Assembly (NCBI GenBank): GCA_029907515.1
Contig: JARYLT010000003.1
Span: 3,448 to 67,447 of the forward strand
DNA length: 64,000 nt
Reading direction: 5' to 3'
Source: Spirochaetota bacterium
GTDB lineage: Bacteria > Spirochaetota > UBA4802 > UB4802
Positions 8,275-17,433 of the stretch are shown here, piece by piece. Numbering within the stretch: position 1 is the first letter of the stretch; every line of letters starts with the position of its first letter. Under the pieces are notes generated by a model. The model ran no database searches and was not told where the DNA came from. It saw only the letters and a list, made by a program, of their open reading frames with translations. The position numbers and the translations under genes are program-made.

Positions 8275-9378
8275 ATGAAAAATAAATGTAATATTAACTC
8301 CTTAGCGCAGTCAGTTATTGTATGTGTCATGCTTGGCATGGGGTTTATGTCAAATTCTGCTTTTGCAGAATCCGTATTTTTGAAGGATGGAAGTATCATT
8401 GAAGGTGATATAGTCAAGGAGACCGATAAAGCTACGACAGTAAAGACAAGGGAAGGGAAGACCGTAACGATACAGCGGAAGGATATTTTGAGGACGCTGG
8501 TAAATGAAAGCTATAAGACACGGATGTATATTATGAAAAGTAACAAGGAGGTATTAGGGGTATACATTGTAGAAGAGGATAATGAGAGCTATACGTACAG
8601 GACAGAGTTGCAATCAGCGGAGGAATATAAGATAAATAAGGACGATGTATTATTTGTTTCAAAGATACCGCCCAAGGATTTTATAGATGAGGAGGTACAG
8701 AAGAAAGCAGCGGAATTAGGGATAAAGAAGAAGTATACACGGGAAGAGAACCTGAAATGGCGCGCACCGTTTATACGGGTGGCGTATTCAAATTATGTGC
8801 AATATGATGATGAACTGGAATATTTATTTCCAGAACCAGCGCCAGCTTTACTATTAGATATTTTTTTCTGGCGTTTTAGAGATGAAAAGGGTAATGGATT
8901 TGATATAATGGGAAGGTTACGTAATCATGGAAGAAAGGCTGATTTGAATGGTGGTGATCCAAGAACTTCAAAATATTCACAATTATATAATATAACAATA
9001 TCACCTACACTTCCATATAGTACTGATTTCTTTTTGAATTCAATCTCAGGAGGGTTACGATATGCATATGGGTGGTATGTTGGATATGTAATGGTACAGC
9101 CGTATATATTTGCATTATATCAATATGGGATGATTAATTCAATGATTTCTTATAATGATGGTGTAAGTGATAAAACAAAAGATATAAATATGAACACACA
9201 TGGTTATCAGGCGGGAGCAGGTGTTGATGTAGGGCTTTTTTCCTACTTTGGAATATTTATTGAAGTAAGCTACGGGTATGCAAAAGCCAAATTCGCTAAT
9301 GGTGAAGCTTATAATTTTGATGGCATTTCAGTATATTATGGAGTAAGCTGGTGCACATCGTTTGGTTTGATTGAGTGA
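8275..9378 (+). CDS. secreted hypothetical protein, paralog A (possible outer-membrane beta-barrel C-terminus)
   Basis: GGAGGG SD. Signal peptide with cleavage at SAFA-ES. Residues from about 30 to 167 are identical to the downstream paralog. The C-terminal half is rich in Tyr/Gly/aromatic alternation and ends ...GVSWCTSFGLIE. Confidence 0.8.
   Translation: MKNKCNINSLAQSVIVCVMLGMGFMSNSAFAESVFLKDGSIIEGDIVKETDKATTVKTREGKTVTIQRKDILRTLVNESYKTRMYIMKSNKEVLGVYIVEEDNESYTYRTELQSAEEYKINKDDVLFVSKIPPKDFIDEEVQKKAAELGIKKKYTREENLKWRAPFIRVAYSNYVQYDDELEYLFPEPAPALLLDIFFWRFRDEKGNGFDIMGRLRNHGRKADLNGGDPRTSKYSQLYNITISPTLPYSTDFFLNSISGGLRYAYGWYVGYVMVQPYIFALYQYGMINSMISYNDGVSDKTKDINMNTHGYQAGAGVDVGLFSYFGIFIEVSYGYAKAKFANGEAYNFDGISVYYGVSWCTSFGLIE
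8362..8773 (+). repeat. 412-bp segment identical to 9631-10042 (shared 5' coding module of the tandem paralogs)
   Basis: Base-for-base identity on direct comparison of the two stretches, with sharp divergence on both flanks. Confidence 0.85.
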
Positions 9379-9543
9379 ATTTGATTTAATTACTAATGAT
9401 TTTGTTTTGTATCTCTTAATAATTTTATATAAAGAATGGTCAGTTAAAAACAGTGATATGCATGCAGGGTATATAAAATAACTAATGAATAATAATAGCC
9501 TGGGACATTGAAATAGGTAGATAATTTGTATAGGAGAGCTTTC

Positions 9544-10647
9544 ATGAAGAAGATAGCAAGAGACTTTTTTTTAGCACACATACTTATAGTTAGTTGTGTT
9601 ATTGTATGGTTTATGTTTTCAGGGAATGTATTTGCAGAATCCGTATTTTTGAAGGATGGAAGTATCATTGAAGGTGATATAGTCAAGGAGACCGATAAAG
9701 CTACGACAGTAAAGACAAGGGAAGGGAAGACCGTAACGATACAGCGGAAGGATATTTTGAGGACGCTGGTAAATGAAAGCTATAAGACACGGATGTATAT
9801 TATGAAAAGTAACAAGGAGGTATTAGGGGTATACATTGTAGAAGAGGATAATGAGAGCTATACGTACAGGACAGAGTTGCAATCAGCGGAGGAATATAAG
9901 ATAAATAAGGACGATGTATTATTTGTTTCAAAGATACCGCCCAAGGATTTTATAGATGAGGAGGTACAGAAGAAAGCAGCGGAATTAGGGATAAAGAAGA
10001 AGTATACACGGGAAGAGAACCTGAAATGGCGCGCACCGTTTATGCGCTTTGGGTATTCAAACTTTGGAGTTTATATAGATTCTGATATTAATGATGCATA
10101 TTCCGAGAGCCGTAACATTAATGCTTTCATTGATATATTCCCCTGGCGGTTTAGAAATGAAAGTGGGAATGGATTTGATGCCATGATAAGAGCACGTTTT
10201 GTAGGCAATTTTGATGAAATTAATCCCACTGATCCAAGAACACAAACATTTTTAAAATTATATCAAGTTACTATAGACGAAAGCTATGAATCCAAACTCA
10301 ACATTGGTCAGATTTGTGGTGGAGTCAGATATGCCTACAGCATGTATTATGGTGTTTTGATACAACCCTATGTGTATGGATTATTGCAATTGTTTGTATT
10401 TCATGATGAAATAAAAATTGAATCTCTTAATTCAAATGCTATTGATGAACAGGTGTCATCGTCAAAATTGGGATACCAGTTTGGTGCAGGAGTTGATTTT
10501 GGAATAACCTCATACGTTGGTTTGTTTATTGAAGGAATGTATAGCTACATTGGCGCAAAATTTAAAGATGGAAAGACAAGAAATGTTGATGGTTACTATA
10601 TTTACTATGGAGTAACCTGGCGTACATCGTATGGTTTGATTGAGTGA
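9544..10647 (+). CDS. secreted hypothetical protein, paralog B
   Basis: ATG at 9544 has a TAGGAGAG SD; the ORF-track TTG start at 9526 is less likely. Signal peptide cleaved at NVFA-ES. The next ~137 aa are identical to paralog A, and the C-terminal half is diverged (ends GVTWRTSYGLIE). Confidence 0.8.
   Translation: MKKIARDFFLAHILIVSCVIVWFMFSGNVFAESVFLKDGSIIEGDIVKETDKATTVKTREGKTVTIQRKDILRTLVNESYKTRMYIMKSNKEVLGVYIVEEDNESYTYRTELQSAEEYKINKDDVLFVSKIPPKDFIDEEVQKKAAELGIKKKYTREENLKWRAPFMRFGYSNFGVYIDSDINDAYSESRNINAFIDIFPWRFRNESGNGFDAMIRARFVGNFDEINPTDPRTQTFLKLYQVTIDESYESKLNIGQICGGVRYAYSMYYGVLIQPYVYGLLQLFVFHDEIKIESLNSNAIDEQVSSSKLGYQFGAGVDFGITSYVGLFIEGMYSYIGAKFKDGKTRNVDGYYIYYGVTWRTSYGLIE
9631..10042 (+). 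repeat. second copy of the identical 412-bp module
   Basis: Identical to 8362-8773. Confidence 0.85.
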
Positions 10648-10831
10648 TAGGGATATATATTTATGAAGAATTGGTACAGTTATGGTATTTAATATAAACT
10701 TCAATTCAACTTCGTATTATCCGAACTTTAATTAAATAATATCCTTGACAGAATTTTTAAATACATTTAAATTAAATAAACATATTATTGGTTTATATAA
10801 TTATTTATTATTGAAATTTAAAAATAAACGG

Positions 10832-11656
10832 ATGTGGATTGAGCGAGAAATATCAAAAACATTAAGAGCATTTGCCCAAAAAAGGCCGGCAATTTTAGTA
10901 ACTGGCTGCAGACAATCAGGAAAAACCAGCTTGCTTAAACATGAATATCCTGAATTGTCCTATGTAACACTTGATGTTCCGTTATATGCTGAGGAAGCTA
11001 ACATAGCAGGTGATGTTTTTTTTAAAAAGATTCAAAAAGCCTTTAATCATAGATGAAATTCAATATGCACCACAGTTATTGCGTCATATAAAAGTTGAAA
11101 TTGATATTAACAGAAAAAACAACGGACAATTTTTTATAACAGGATCACAAAAATTTACACTCATGGAAGGTGTTTCCGAAAGCCTGGCAGGACGAGTGGG
11201 CATTCTTACATTACATACGCTTTCACTTAAGGAAATTCAAACAAAATATTTTTTCTTGATACCGGGCTTTTGTTATATCTTCTAGGAATAAAATCAGAAA
11301 AAGAATTGCTGAATAGTCCTTTGTTGGGAAATATTTTTGAAAGGTTGTGTTTGGGGCAAATAATACGTTATTATACCAATCAGGGTATTAATCCCACTAT
11401 ATATTTTTTTCAAGATGCATATGGTCATGAAATTGATTTTGTTATTCCTTCAGGAGAAAAACTTACCCTTATTGAGTGTAAATGGTTATTCCCTTTAGAT
11501 AAACGAAAAGAAATTGTTTCTAAGATTAAACAGATCATTCCAAAGGAAAAAATAAAAAAAATTGTGATTGTGAGTTCACAAAATGAAGAAGCTGCATTAG
11601 AAGATAAGCTTTTCCTTTATGGGTGTCATGATCCTGATAGATTTTTACGTGATTGA
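10832..11656 (+). pseudogene. DUF4143-type AAA ATPase, disrupted by two frameshifts in T-homopolymers
   Basis: Three consecutive ORF fragments together read like one ATPase (Walker A GCRQSGKTS, then PLIIDEIQ, then LAGRVGIL...LDTGLL...). Reading frame is restored by T8 to T7 at 11016-11023 and T6 to T7 at 11249-11254. Confidence 0.6.
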
Positions 11657-11731
11657 TAAAAAACTAATTGCCAAAATAATTTCTCTATGCAAATATAAAC
11701 GTACAATGTGGATTCCATTAGCAGGTATGGC

Positions 11732-12151
11732 ATGTCTACCGTTGAGCTAAAAATTAAAGGATATCATTTGGACCTTTTTGGTCGTGTAAGCAATCAGCGT
11801 TTTCTGGACTTTTTGGAAGATGCACGCTGGAGCTATTTAGATACTATTGGCCTTAACTATGATGAATTTGCAAAACGTGGCGTATTCCTTGCAGTGGTTA
11901 ATATAAATGTTAATTTCCGTGCGCCTTCATTTCTGGGTGATGTGCTCGTCATTGAAACAATGGTAGATAGGATTGGCAACCGCAGTATAACAGTTAAGCA
12001 AAAGATGTACAATAAAAAAACCGAACAAATAATCCTGGATGCCGAAGTGGTATATGTCATAGTGGATCTGGCAACAGGTAAATCCATACCAATAGATAAT
12101 GAAATGCGGCAACTGTGGCTGGAGCTATCGAACAAAAAAAATACACATTAA
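11732..12151 (+). CDS. acyl-CoA thioesterase, hotdog fold (YbgC/4HBT family)
   Basis: About 140 aa with the typical YbgC-like N-terminus (ELKIKGYHLDLFGRVSNQRFLDFLEDARW). Start chosen at the second Met, which has an AGG upstream. Confidence 0.75.
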   Translation: MSTVELKIKGYHLDLFGRVSNQRFLDFLEDARWSYLDTIGLNYDEFAKRGVFLAVVNINVNFRAPSFLGDVLVIETMVDRIGNRSITVKQKMYNKKTEQIILDAEVVYVIVDLATGKSIPIDNEMRQLWLELSNKKNTH

Positions 12152-12229
12152 AAAATTTTGATTGCGATGCATACCACTTTACTGTATTATATTCCGCAAG
12201 GTTGAGTATCCATTATGGAAGAGGACATA

Positions 12230-12778
12230 ATGAGAAAATATATCCGTTATGATAAGCTTTCCGCAGAGATTAAAGATGCAATATACCAATATTGGGAAGC
12301 AGCAAAACAAAATAAACCTGATATTGCATTAGATGATGCTATGGAGGACTGGTTTTTGCATCAGTTTGATGCATTTATGATTGCCAAATATCACACTCAG
12401 GGCGATAACATGCGCAAGCATTTTCGCCTGGATGTTGAAATACCTATACGGGTGGTGGAGCTTCTCATTGAATCTTCAAAAGATGAAGCCGAAGCACTGG
12501 AACTAATAGGCACAATAGTGAATATCAGCAAGGGTGGGCTTTATTTTATATCGGACATTCCGCTTGAGCTTTCTTCAATCATTAGGGTGGTTATTGATTT
12601 CAGGGCGGTTGATAATGAGCTAACTGATATTGAGGCACTGGCAATGGTAGTGCGCCATGACAGGCGAGAAGATAATCGATACGGTATTGGCGTTATGTTC
12701 AGCAGTATTTATGATAACGGCAAGCGCAACCTCAATATATTTATTTTAAAAAATCTTTCGTATTATCTTTATTCCTGA
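12230..12778 (+). CDS. PilZ domain protein (putative c-di-GMP receptor)
   Basis: RxxxR (RKHFR) and N/DxSxGG (NISKGG) PilZ motifs. Start at ATG 12230 with a GGAAGAGGA SD; an alternative ATG lies at 12215. Confidence 0.7.
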   Translation: MRKYIRYDKLSAEIKDAIYQYWEAAKQNKPDIALDDAMEDWFLHQFDAFMIAKYHTQGDNMRKHFRLDVEIPIRVVELLIESSKDEAEALELIGTIVNISKGGLYFISDIPLELSSIIRVVIDFRAVDNELTDIEALAMVVRHDRREDNRYGIGVMFSSIYDNGKRNLNIFILKNLSYYLYS

Positions 12779-13219
12779 TTATTTCCCCAGTGTGTCAATC
12801 TCTGCTTTAAGCCCGCTTTTTGTAATATCATAGTAATAACAATACCGCGTAGTACATGTTGAATCCCTTTTTTTCAAAGTGCCATACCCCGTAATGGTTG
12901 TCATAAGGTAATTATGCATTTTTGAATCAAAAACATTATTTCGAGAAATAATATAATTTTTTAAAGAAACAAATGCACGTTCCTGGCCTTTTTGCTGTAT
13001 TGATAGCTCATCATAGTGCTCTTCAGCAGGAATTATTACGATAACCCTGAATGTGTTGTTGTCAATAAATCCTTCTTTTTCATACTCAAAAAGAAGAGCA
13101 TTGTTTTCTTGGGGTTGTATGTTGGTAACTGTTTTTTTGGAGGCACATGAAGATATATAACAAATCATGGGCAGATACAAAAGCAGACTATAAAAAATTA
13201 ATCGTATATAAGAAATCAT
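12779..13219 (-). CDS. hypothetical lipoprotein
   Basis: Signal peptide followed by a Cys (LPMICYISSCAS). Adjacent to and co-oriented with the next lipoprotein gene. Confidence 0.5.
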   Translation of the reverse strand: MISYIRLIFYSLLLYLPMICYISSCASKKTVTNIQPQENNALLFEYEKEGFIDNNTFRVIVIIPAEEHYDELSIQQKGQERAFVSLKNYIISRNNVFDSKMHNYLMTTITGYGTLKKRDSTCTTRYCYYYDITKSGLKAEIDTLGK

Positions 13220-13239
13220 ATTTACCCCAATTATCCTTG

Positions 13240-13728
13240 TTATTTGCACTGCATGGTTGCCAGTTTTTGCTGTAACCCCTTTTCGTATATCCGCACAACA
13301 GCAGTTTCACTGAAATCTTCATTATAATAGGTAACTACAATGACTTTATTATCAATACACTGTTTTAGTTGTTGTAGCAGGCATTGTTGGAAGCTATCGG
13401 TAACAGATATACCCTGTAATTGTGCGGTAACATTAATAAGGGTATCATAACATTGCTTTTCAAGTGATTGCATTAAATTAATATGTGCACTTTCTCTGGA
13501 TGCAACCAATCCTTCAATGCCAGGATCGGGTTTTGCGGTAATGATACACTGGTAACAGTTGTCGTTAAGAAAACCCTGGGTGGTAATATCATTACTTAAT
13601 GATTTAATGTATGATTGATTATGTGTGCATGATTGAAGGATTATCAAAAGCAAGAAAGCAATAATGGTAACAGTTTTAGGAACATTCATAAAAGGTGGTT
13701 GGACATTTGAAAATAAGCATTTAAGCAT
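13240..13728 (-). CDS. hypothetical lipoprotein
   Basis: Lipobox LLIILQSC after a hydrophobic h-region. Start uncertain (13728 or 13689). Confidence 0.5.
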   Translation of the reverse strand: MLKCLFSNVQPPFMNVPKTVTIIAFLLLIILQSCTHNQSYIKSLSNDITTQGFLNDNCYQCIITAKPDPGIEGLVASRESAHINLMQSLEKQCYDTLINVTAQLQGISVTDSFQQCLLQQLKQCIDNKVIVVTYYNEDFSETAVVRIYEKGLQQKLATMQCK

Positions 13729-13810
13729 TGGTTTACCATTAATATAGTATCATCAATATAATATACAAAAATATAACAAATCGTTATATGTCAAATAAAA
13801 AATGGTATTT

Positions 13811-16195
13811 TTACTGTTTCTTCAACATTGCAATAATATCGCGTATCTGGTCAGCTTTTGGGTGATTTGGCTTCATTGATAAAAGCTTTTCAAAATGATA
13901 GATAGCTTTTTCATTGTTTTTAAGCTTACGGTAATAGATCATGCCAAGCTCTTCATGTGCATCAGATAGTGAACTGTTTATCTGCAGTGAACGTTCAAAT
14001 TCTTTTACAGCCTGTTCAAAAACGCCCTTTTCCTTATAGGCAATACCTAAAAAGAAATGTGCCTGATCATTCATTGGTGAAAGATCAATAGCAGTTTTAT
14101 ATTCTTCAATAGCTTCATCATTCATGTTAGCAGATAAGTATGCATTTGCTAAGTTATAGTGAGCCTCAAAGGATTTGGGGTCATTAATAGTAGCCTGTTT
14201 GAATTGCTCTATGGCCTTGTCATGCAGTTTGTTCTTTTTATACAGGTTGCCTAAGTTGATGTAAGCTTTAGTATAGTTTGGGTTTTTAGTGATAGCTAAT
14301 GAATAATATTCAATTGCCTTATTATCATCACCAAGCCCCTCATATGCCTTACCTAATTCATACAGCGTTGGTGGATCATCATTCTTAATTGATAATGCTT
14401 TGGTGTAGAATGAAATAGCCTGTGCATAATTCTGCTTTGTGGCTGCAATAAGACCAAAGTTGAAAAGTGCCTGGAAGTATTCAGGGTCAGCTTCAAGTGT
14501 TTTGTTATAGAATGTTTCAGCGTTTGAATACGATTTCATTTCATGATAGGTTTCGGCTATCTTGAACAATGTGTCAGGATTATTGGGCCTTAATTCCCTG
14601 TCTTTGGTAAAATAATCAAGTGCCACCTTATAATTCTTCTGTTTAAGATAGATATCACCTAAATTAAAATATGCCCTATCTAAGTTTGGATCCTGTTCTA
14701 TAGATTGTTTTAAGTCTTTAATAGCTGCCTGCAGATTATTCATTTTATACTGTGCAAGGCCTCGTGCATAGTATGCCTTTGCAAATACGGGTTTTTCTTC
14801 TATGGCTTTTGTAAATTCATTAACTGCAGGGCTGTATTTACCTTCAGAATAATAGATAAGCCCTAAATGATAGTGGGAATCAGCATTTTTGGGGTTAGCA
14901 ATAATTGCATTCTGGAATGATTTTTTTGCTTCATCATCCATCTGGTTATGATAATAGATACGTCCCATCCAGTAATGCGAATGGTCGTCGGTTTTATCAA
15001 GCTGTGTTGCTTTGGCGTATGCCTTCAGCGCTTCATCGTATTTTTTTTCTGCACGATATTTATCGCCAAGTTCGCGCCATTTGAGTGCCGAATCATTGAC
15101 AGGATTTGCCGGTGTTGTTTGAGGTGTTGGTTCTGATAAATCTTTTGAATCTTTATCTCTGCTAATTACCTGTTGTGCTGAGGGTTCTGTTGTTTCTTTT
15201 GTTGCTACTGCAAGCTGTTGTGTATCAGACCCACCAATAATAGAAGGTTTTTGTAATTTTGAAAGGGCATGTGCATATTTGTTTTTTAGATTTTCGTCAT
15301 TACTGTTATAGCTTAAAGCCTGTTTGTAATAATCGGCTGCTTTAGCCCAGTTGCCCTGTGAAGCATAGATGTCGCCTAATCTCTCGGCAGATAATGCATC
15401 GCCAGGATCTTTTGACAGCGCTGTAGAATATGCACCAACAGCTTCAGGTATTTTATTCTGGGCAAGGTATGCATTGCCTAATGCACGGTAATATTTACCT
15501 GTGCCCGGTGAAAGAGTTATTGCTTTCTGGTATTGAGGGATAGCTTTAGCGTACTGCTTTTTATGCATATACAGATTGCCTAAGTTGTAGTATCCTTCGG
15601 GATCAGAAGGATTGGCTTTAATGCCTTTTTTCAGGATTTCTTCTGCACCTTTATAGTCACCTTTTTTCATTCGTTGTTGCGCTATGTTCCAGTAGCTTTC
15701 CTGATACTGGGGAGCAACGGCAATAGCGCTTTTATATTCTTTAAGGGCTTTGTCTAATTTTTCCTGTGTATCATATACATTTCCCAATTTATTATAGGCT
15801 TGGGGATATTTAGGGAAGTACTTTTTGGCAAGTTCCAGTGTTTTAATGGCATTTTCATAATCGCCTTTGAGGGCATAGGCATGTCCCAATTCGTTTAATG
15901 CATTGTAATTATCAGGTTGCAGTGCCAGTGCTTTTTTATAGTAGTCAATTGCTTTGTCCAGATTACCTGTTTCTTTATAAAGATTTCCTAATTTTATAAG
16001 GGTATCAACATCATTGGGATTTGTTTCCAGAATCTTTTCATATAATTCAATTTGCTTAAGCCGTATATCAACGATATCCTTTAGAGCATCCTTGGGTCGA
16101 GAAAGAAAATAATATCCGCCAAATAGCAGTAATAGTATTACTGCAACAACACCTGCAATTTTCAGATTGCGGTAACGGTCATAATAGTATGCCAT
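13811..16195 (-). CDS. tetratricopeptide-repeat protein with N-terminal membrane anchor
   Basis: 794 aa with an N-terminal TM (IAGVVAVILLLLFGGYYFL) and more than 15 TPR units (recurring AxxYxxLGxxY pattern). Confidence 0.85.
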   Translation of the reverse strand: MAYYYDRYRNLKIAGVVAVILLLLFGGYYFLSRPKDALKDIVDIRLKQIELYEKILETNPNDVDTLIKLGNLYKETGNLDKAIDYYKKALALQPDNYNALNELGHAYALKGDYENAIKTLELAKKYFPKYPQAYNKLGNVYDTQEKLDKALKEYKSAIAVAPQYQESYWNIAQQRMKKGDYKGAEEILKKGIKANPSDPEGYYNLGNLYMHKKQYAKAIPQYQKAITLSPGTGKYYRALGNAYLAQNKIPEAVGAYSTALSKDPGDALSAERLGDIYASQGNWAKAADYYKQALSYNSNDENLKNKYAHALSKLQKPSIIGGSDTQQLAVATKETTEPSAQQVISRDKDSKDLSEPTPQTTPANPVNDSALKWRELGDKYRAEKKYDEALKAYAKATQLDKTDDHSHYWMGRIYYHNQMDDEAKKSFQNAIIANPKNADSHYHLGLIYYSEGKYSPAVNEFTKAIEEKPVFAKAYYARGLAQYKMNNLQAAIKDLKQSIEQDPNLDRAYFNLGDIYLKQKNYKVALDYFTKDRELRPNNPDTLFKIAETYHEMKSYSNAETFYNKTLEADPEYFQALFNFGLIAATKQNYAQAISFYTKALSIKNDDPPTLYELGKAYEGLGDDNKAIEYYSLAITKNPNYTKAYINLGNLYKKNKLHDKAIEQFKQATINDPKSFEAHYNLANAYLSANMNDEAIEEYKTAIDLSPMNDQAHFFLGIAYKEKGVFEQAVKEFERSLQINSSLSDAHEELGMIYYRKLKNNEKAIYHFEKLLSMKPNHPKADQIRDIIAMLKKQ

Positions 16196-16223
16196 ATTGG
16201 TACCTCTGGTATGTTAAATTATC

Positions 16224-16937
16224 TTATAATTCATCGTCACGATAAATTTCTTCAAGCTTGTTCTTTGTCTTCTTTGTTTCGTGCCCGGCCTTTTTATCCT
16301 GTGCTTCACGCTGGACATCGTCAAGTATTATTCCACCTAAATGCAATGCTTCTTCAATGGATACATCGCTTCCTGGTGGTGGTAACACAAATTTTGGGTC
16401 TTTTAATAATTCAATAACCCTTTTTATTTTTTCATATTGAGGGTCTTCTGGAGCTATCGCCAAAAATTTTTCCCATGACTCAATGGTTCTTTCTTTATCT
16501 CTGAGCAGCATTAAATACGTCAGGCCAATATGGTAGTAAGCAAATTTAAGCTGTGGATTAAGGCTGAATGCTTTTTTAAAATATGCAAGTGCTTCTTCCG
16601 GCTGCTTTTTATAATAATATACCTGTCCTATTCTGAATGCATCTTCGGCGCTTTTTGGATTCAATTCCAGAGCTTTAATATACAGCTGCAATGCACCGTC
16701 ATAGCGTTTTTTATATAAAAAAATATCACCCAGGTATGAATACGCCATGGCATTTTCAGGATTGTTTTTCAACTCTTCCTGAAATAAGAGTTCGGCTATC
16801 TCAAATTTTTGCTGATAGAAATATTTAACACCCTTTTTAAAAGGGGTATCATCATCCTTTTTTGCAGCAAAGGATATGGTATATGCGATAGTTACTGATA
16901 AAAGGGTTATCAGACAAAATAAAACTATTTTCTTCAT
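16224..16937 (-). CDS. TPR-repeat protein with signal peptide
   Basis: Start at MKKIVLFCLITLLSV (GGAAA SD). Contains TPR units (AYSYLGDIFLYKK.., AYYHIGLTYL). The ORF-track extension to 17075 lies in the repeat/promoter region and is rejected. Confidence 0.7.
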   Translation of the reverse strand: MKKIVLFCLITLLSVTIAYTISFAAKKDDDTPFKKGVKYFYQQKFEIAELLFQEELKNNPENAMAYSYLGDIFLYKKRYDGALQLYIKALELNPKSAEDAFRIGQVYYYKKQPEEALAYFKKAFSLNPQLKFAYYHIGLTYLMLLRDKERTIESWEKFLAIAPEDPQYEKIKRVIELLKDPKFVLPPPGSDVSIEEALHLGGIILDDVQREAQDKKAGHETKKTKNKLEEIYRDDEL

Positions 16938-17120
16938 AGAAGTATTTCCAGTATTATTATCGGTTATATGACGATAACAGAATACATAAAAACAGTATAC
17001 GAACATCAGCATGTAAAAACTGTAACAAAAAAGAACAGCATCATTGTACAAAAAGCTACTATAAACCGTTTCCACTCAAAATTCATGTAGACCTCCATTG
17101 AAAATAATATTTATTCTCTA

Positions 17121-17290
17121 TGTCATTTCGAATCCCGATTTTATCGGGATGCTGTTGTAAAATAAGATTTCTCCTCACTGCGTTCGTCGAAATGACAGTA
17201 TGAAAACATTCGTCGAAATGACAGTATAAAAACATTCGTCAAAATGACAGTGTGAAAATGTTCGTCGAAATGACAACGTATAAAACATTA
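17121..17290. repeat. second locus of the same repeat family: hairpin ATCCCGATTTTATCGGGAT, then AGATTTCTCCTCACTGCGTTCGTCGAAATGAC, then 4 tandem ~27-bp units (CGTCGAAATGACAGTATAAAAACATT)
   Basis: Reverse complement of the motif at 7912-7952. Unit starts near 17176, 17201, 17228 and 17255. Confidence 0.6.
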
Positions 17291-17378
17291 ATAACCACAT
17301 TGTTTCCATGGGCAACTCTTTAAAAATAATGAATAAAATACACCCTGTCAAGCAACACAAAAATAAAAAAATATACTG

Positions 17379-17407
17379 TTGACATTTTAAAGATATTGTT
17401 CTACATT
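17379..17407 (+). promoter_or_regulatory. candidate sigma70-type promoter (TTGACA-17 nt-TACATT) for the DHH phosphoesterase gene
   Basis: Consensus -35 hexamer and a 4/6 match in the -10, about 27 nt upstream of ATG 17434. Confidence 0.3.
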
Positions 17408-17433
17408 TACTGCCAACGTAACTGGAAATTCCC

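Noticed and set aside
16938-17075. N-terminal extension of the second TPR ORF
   Set aside because: Cys/Phe/Tyr-rich implausible sequence that runs into the repeat region. A signal-peptide start at 16937 is more plausible.
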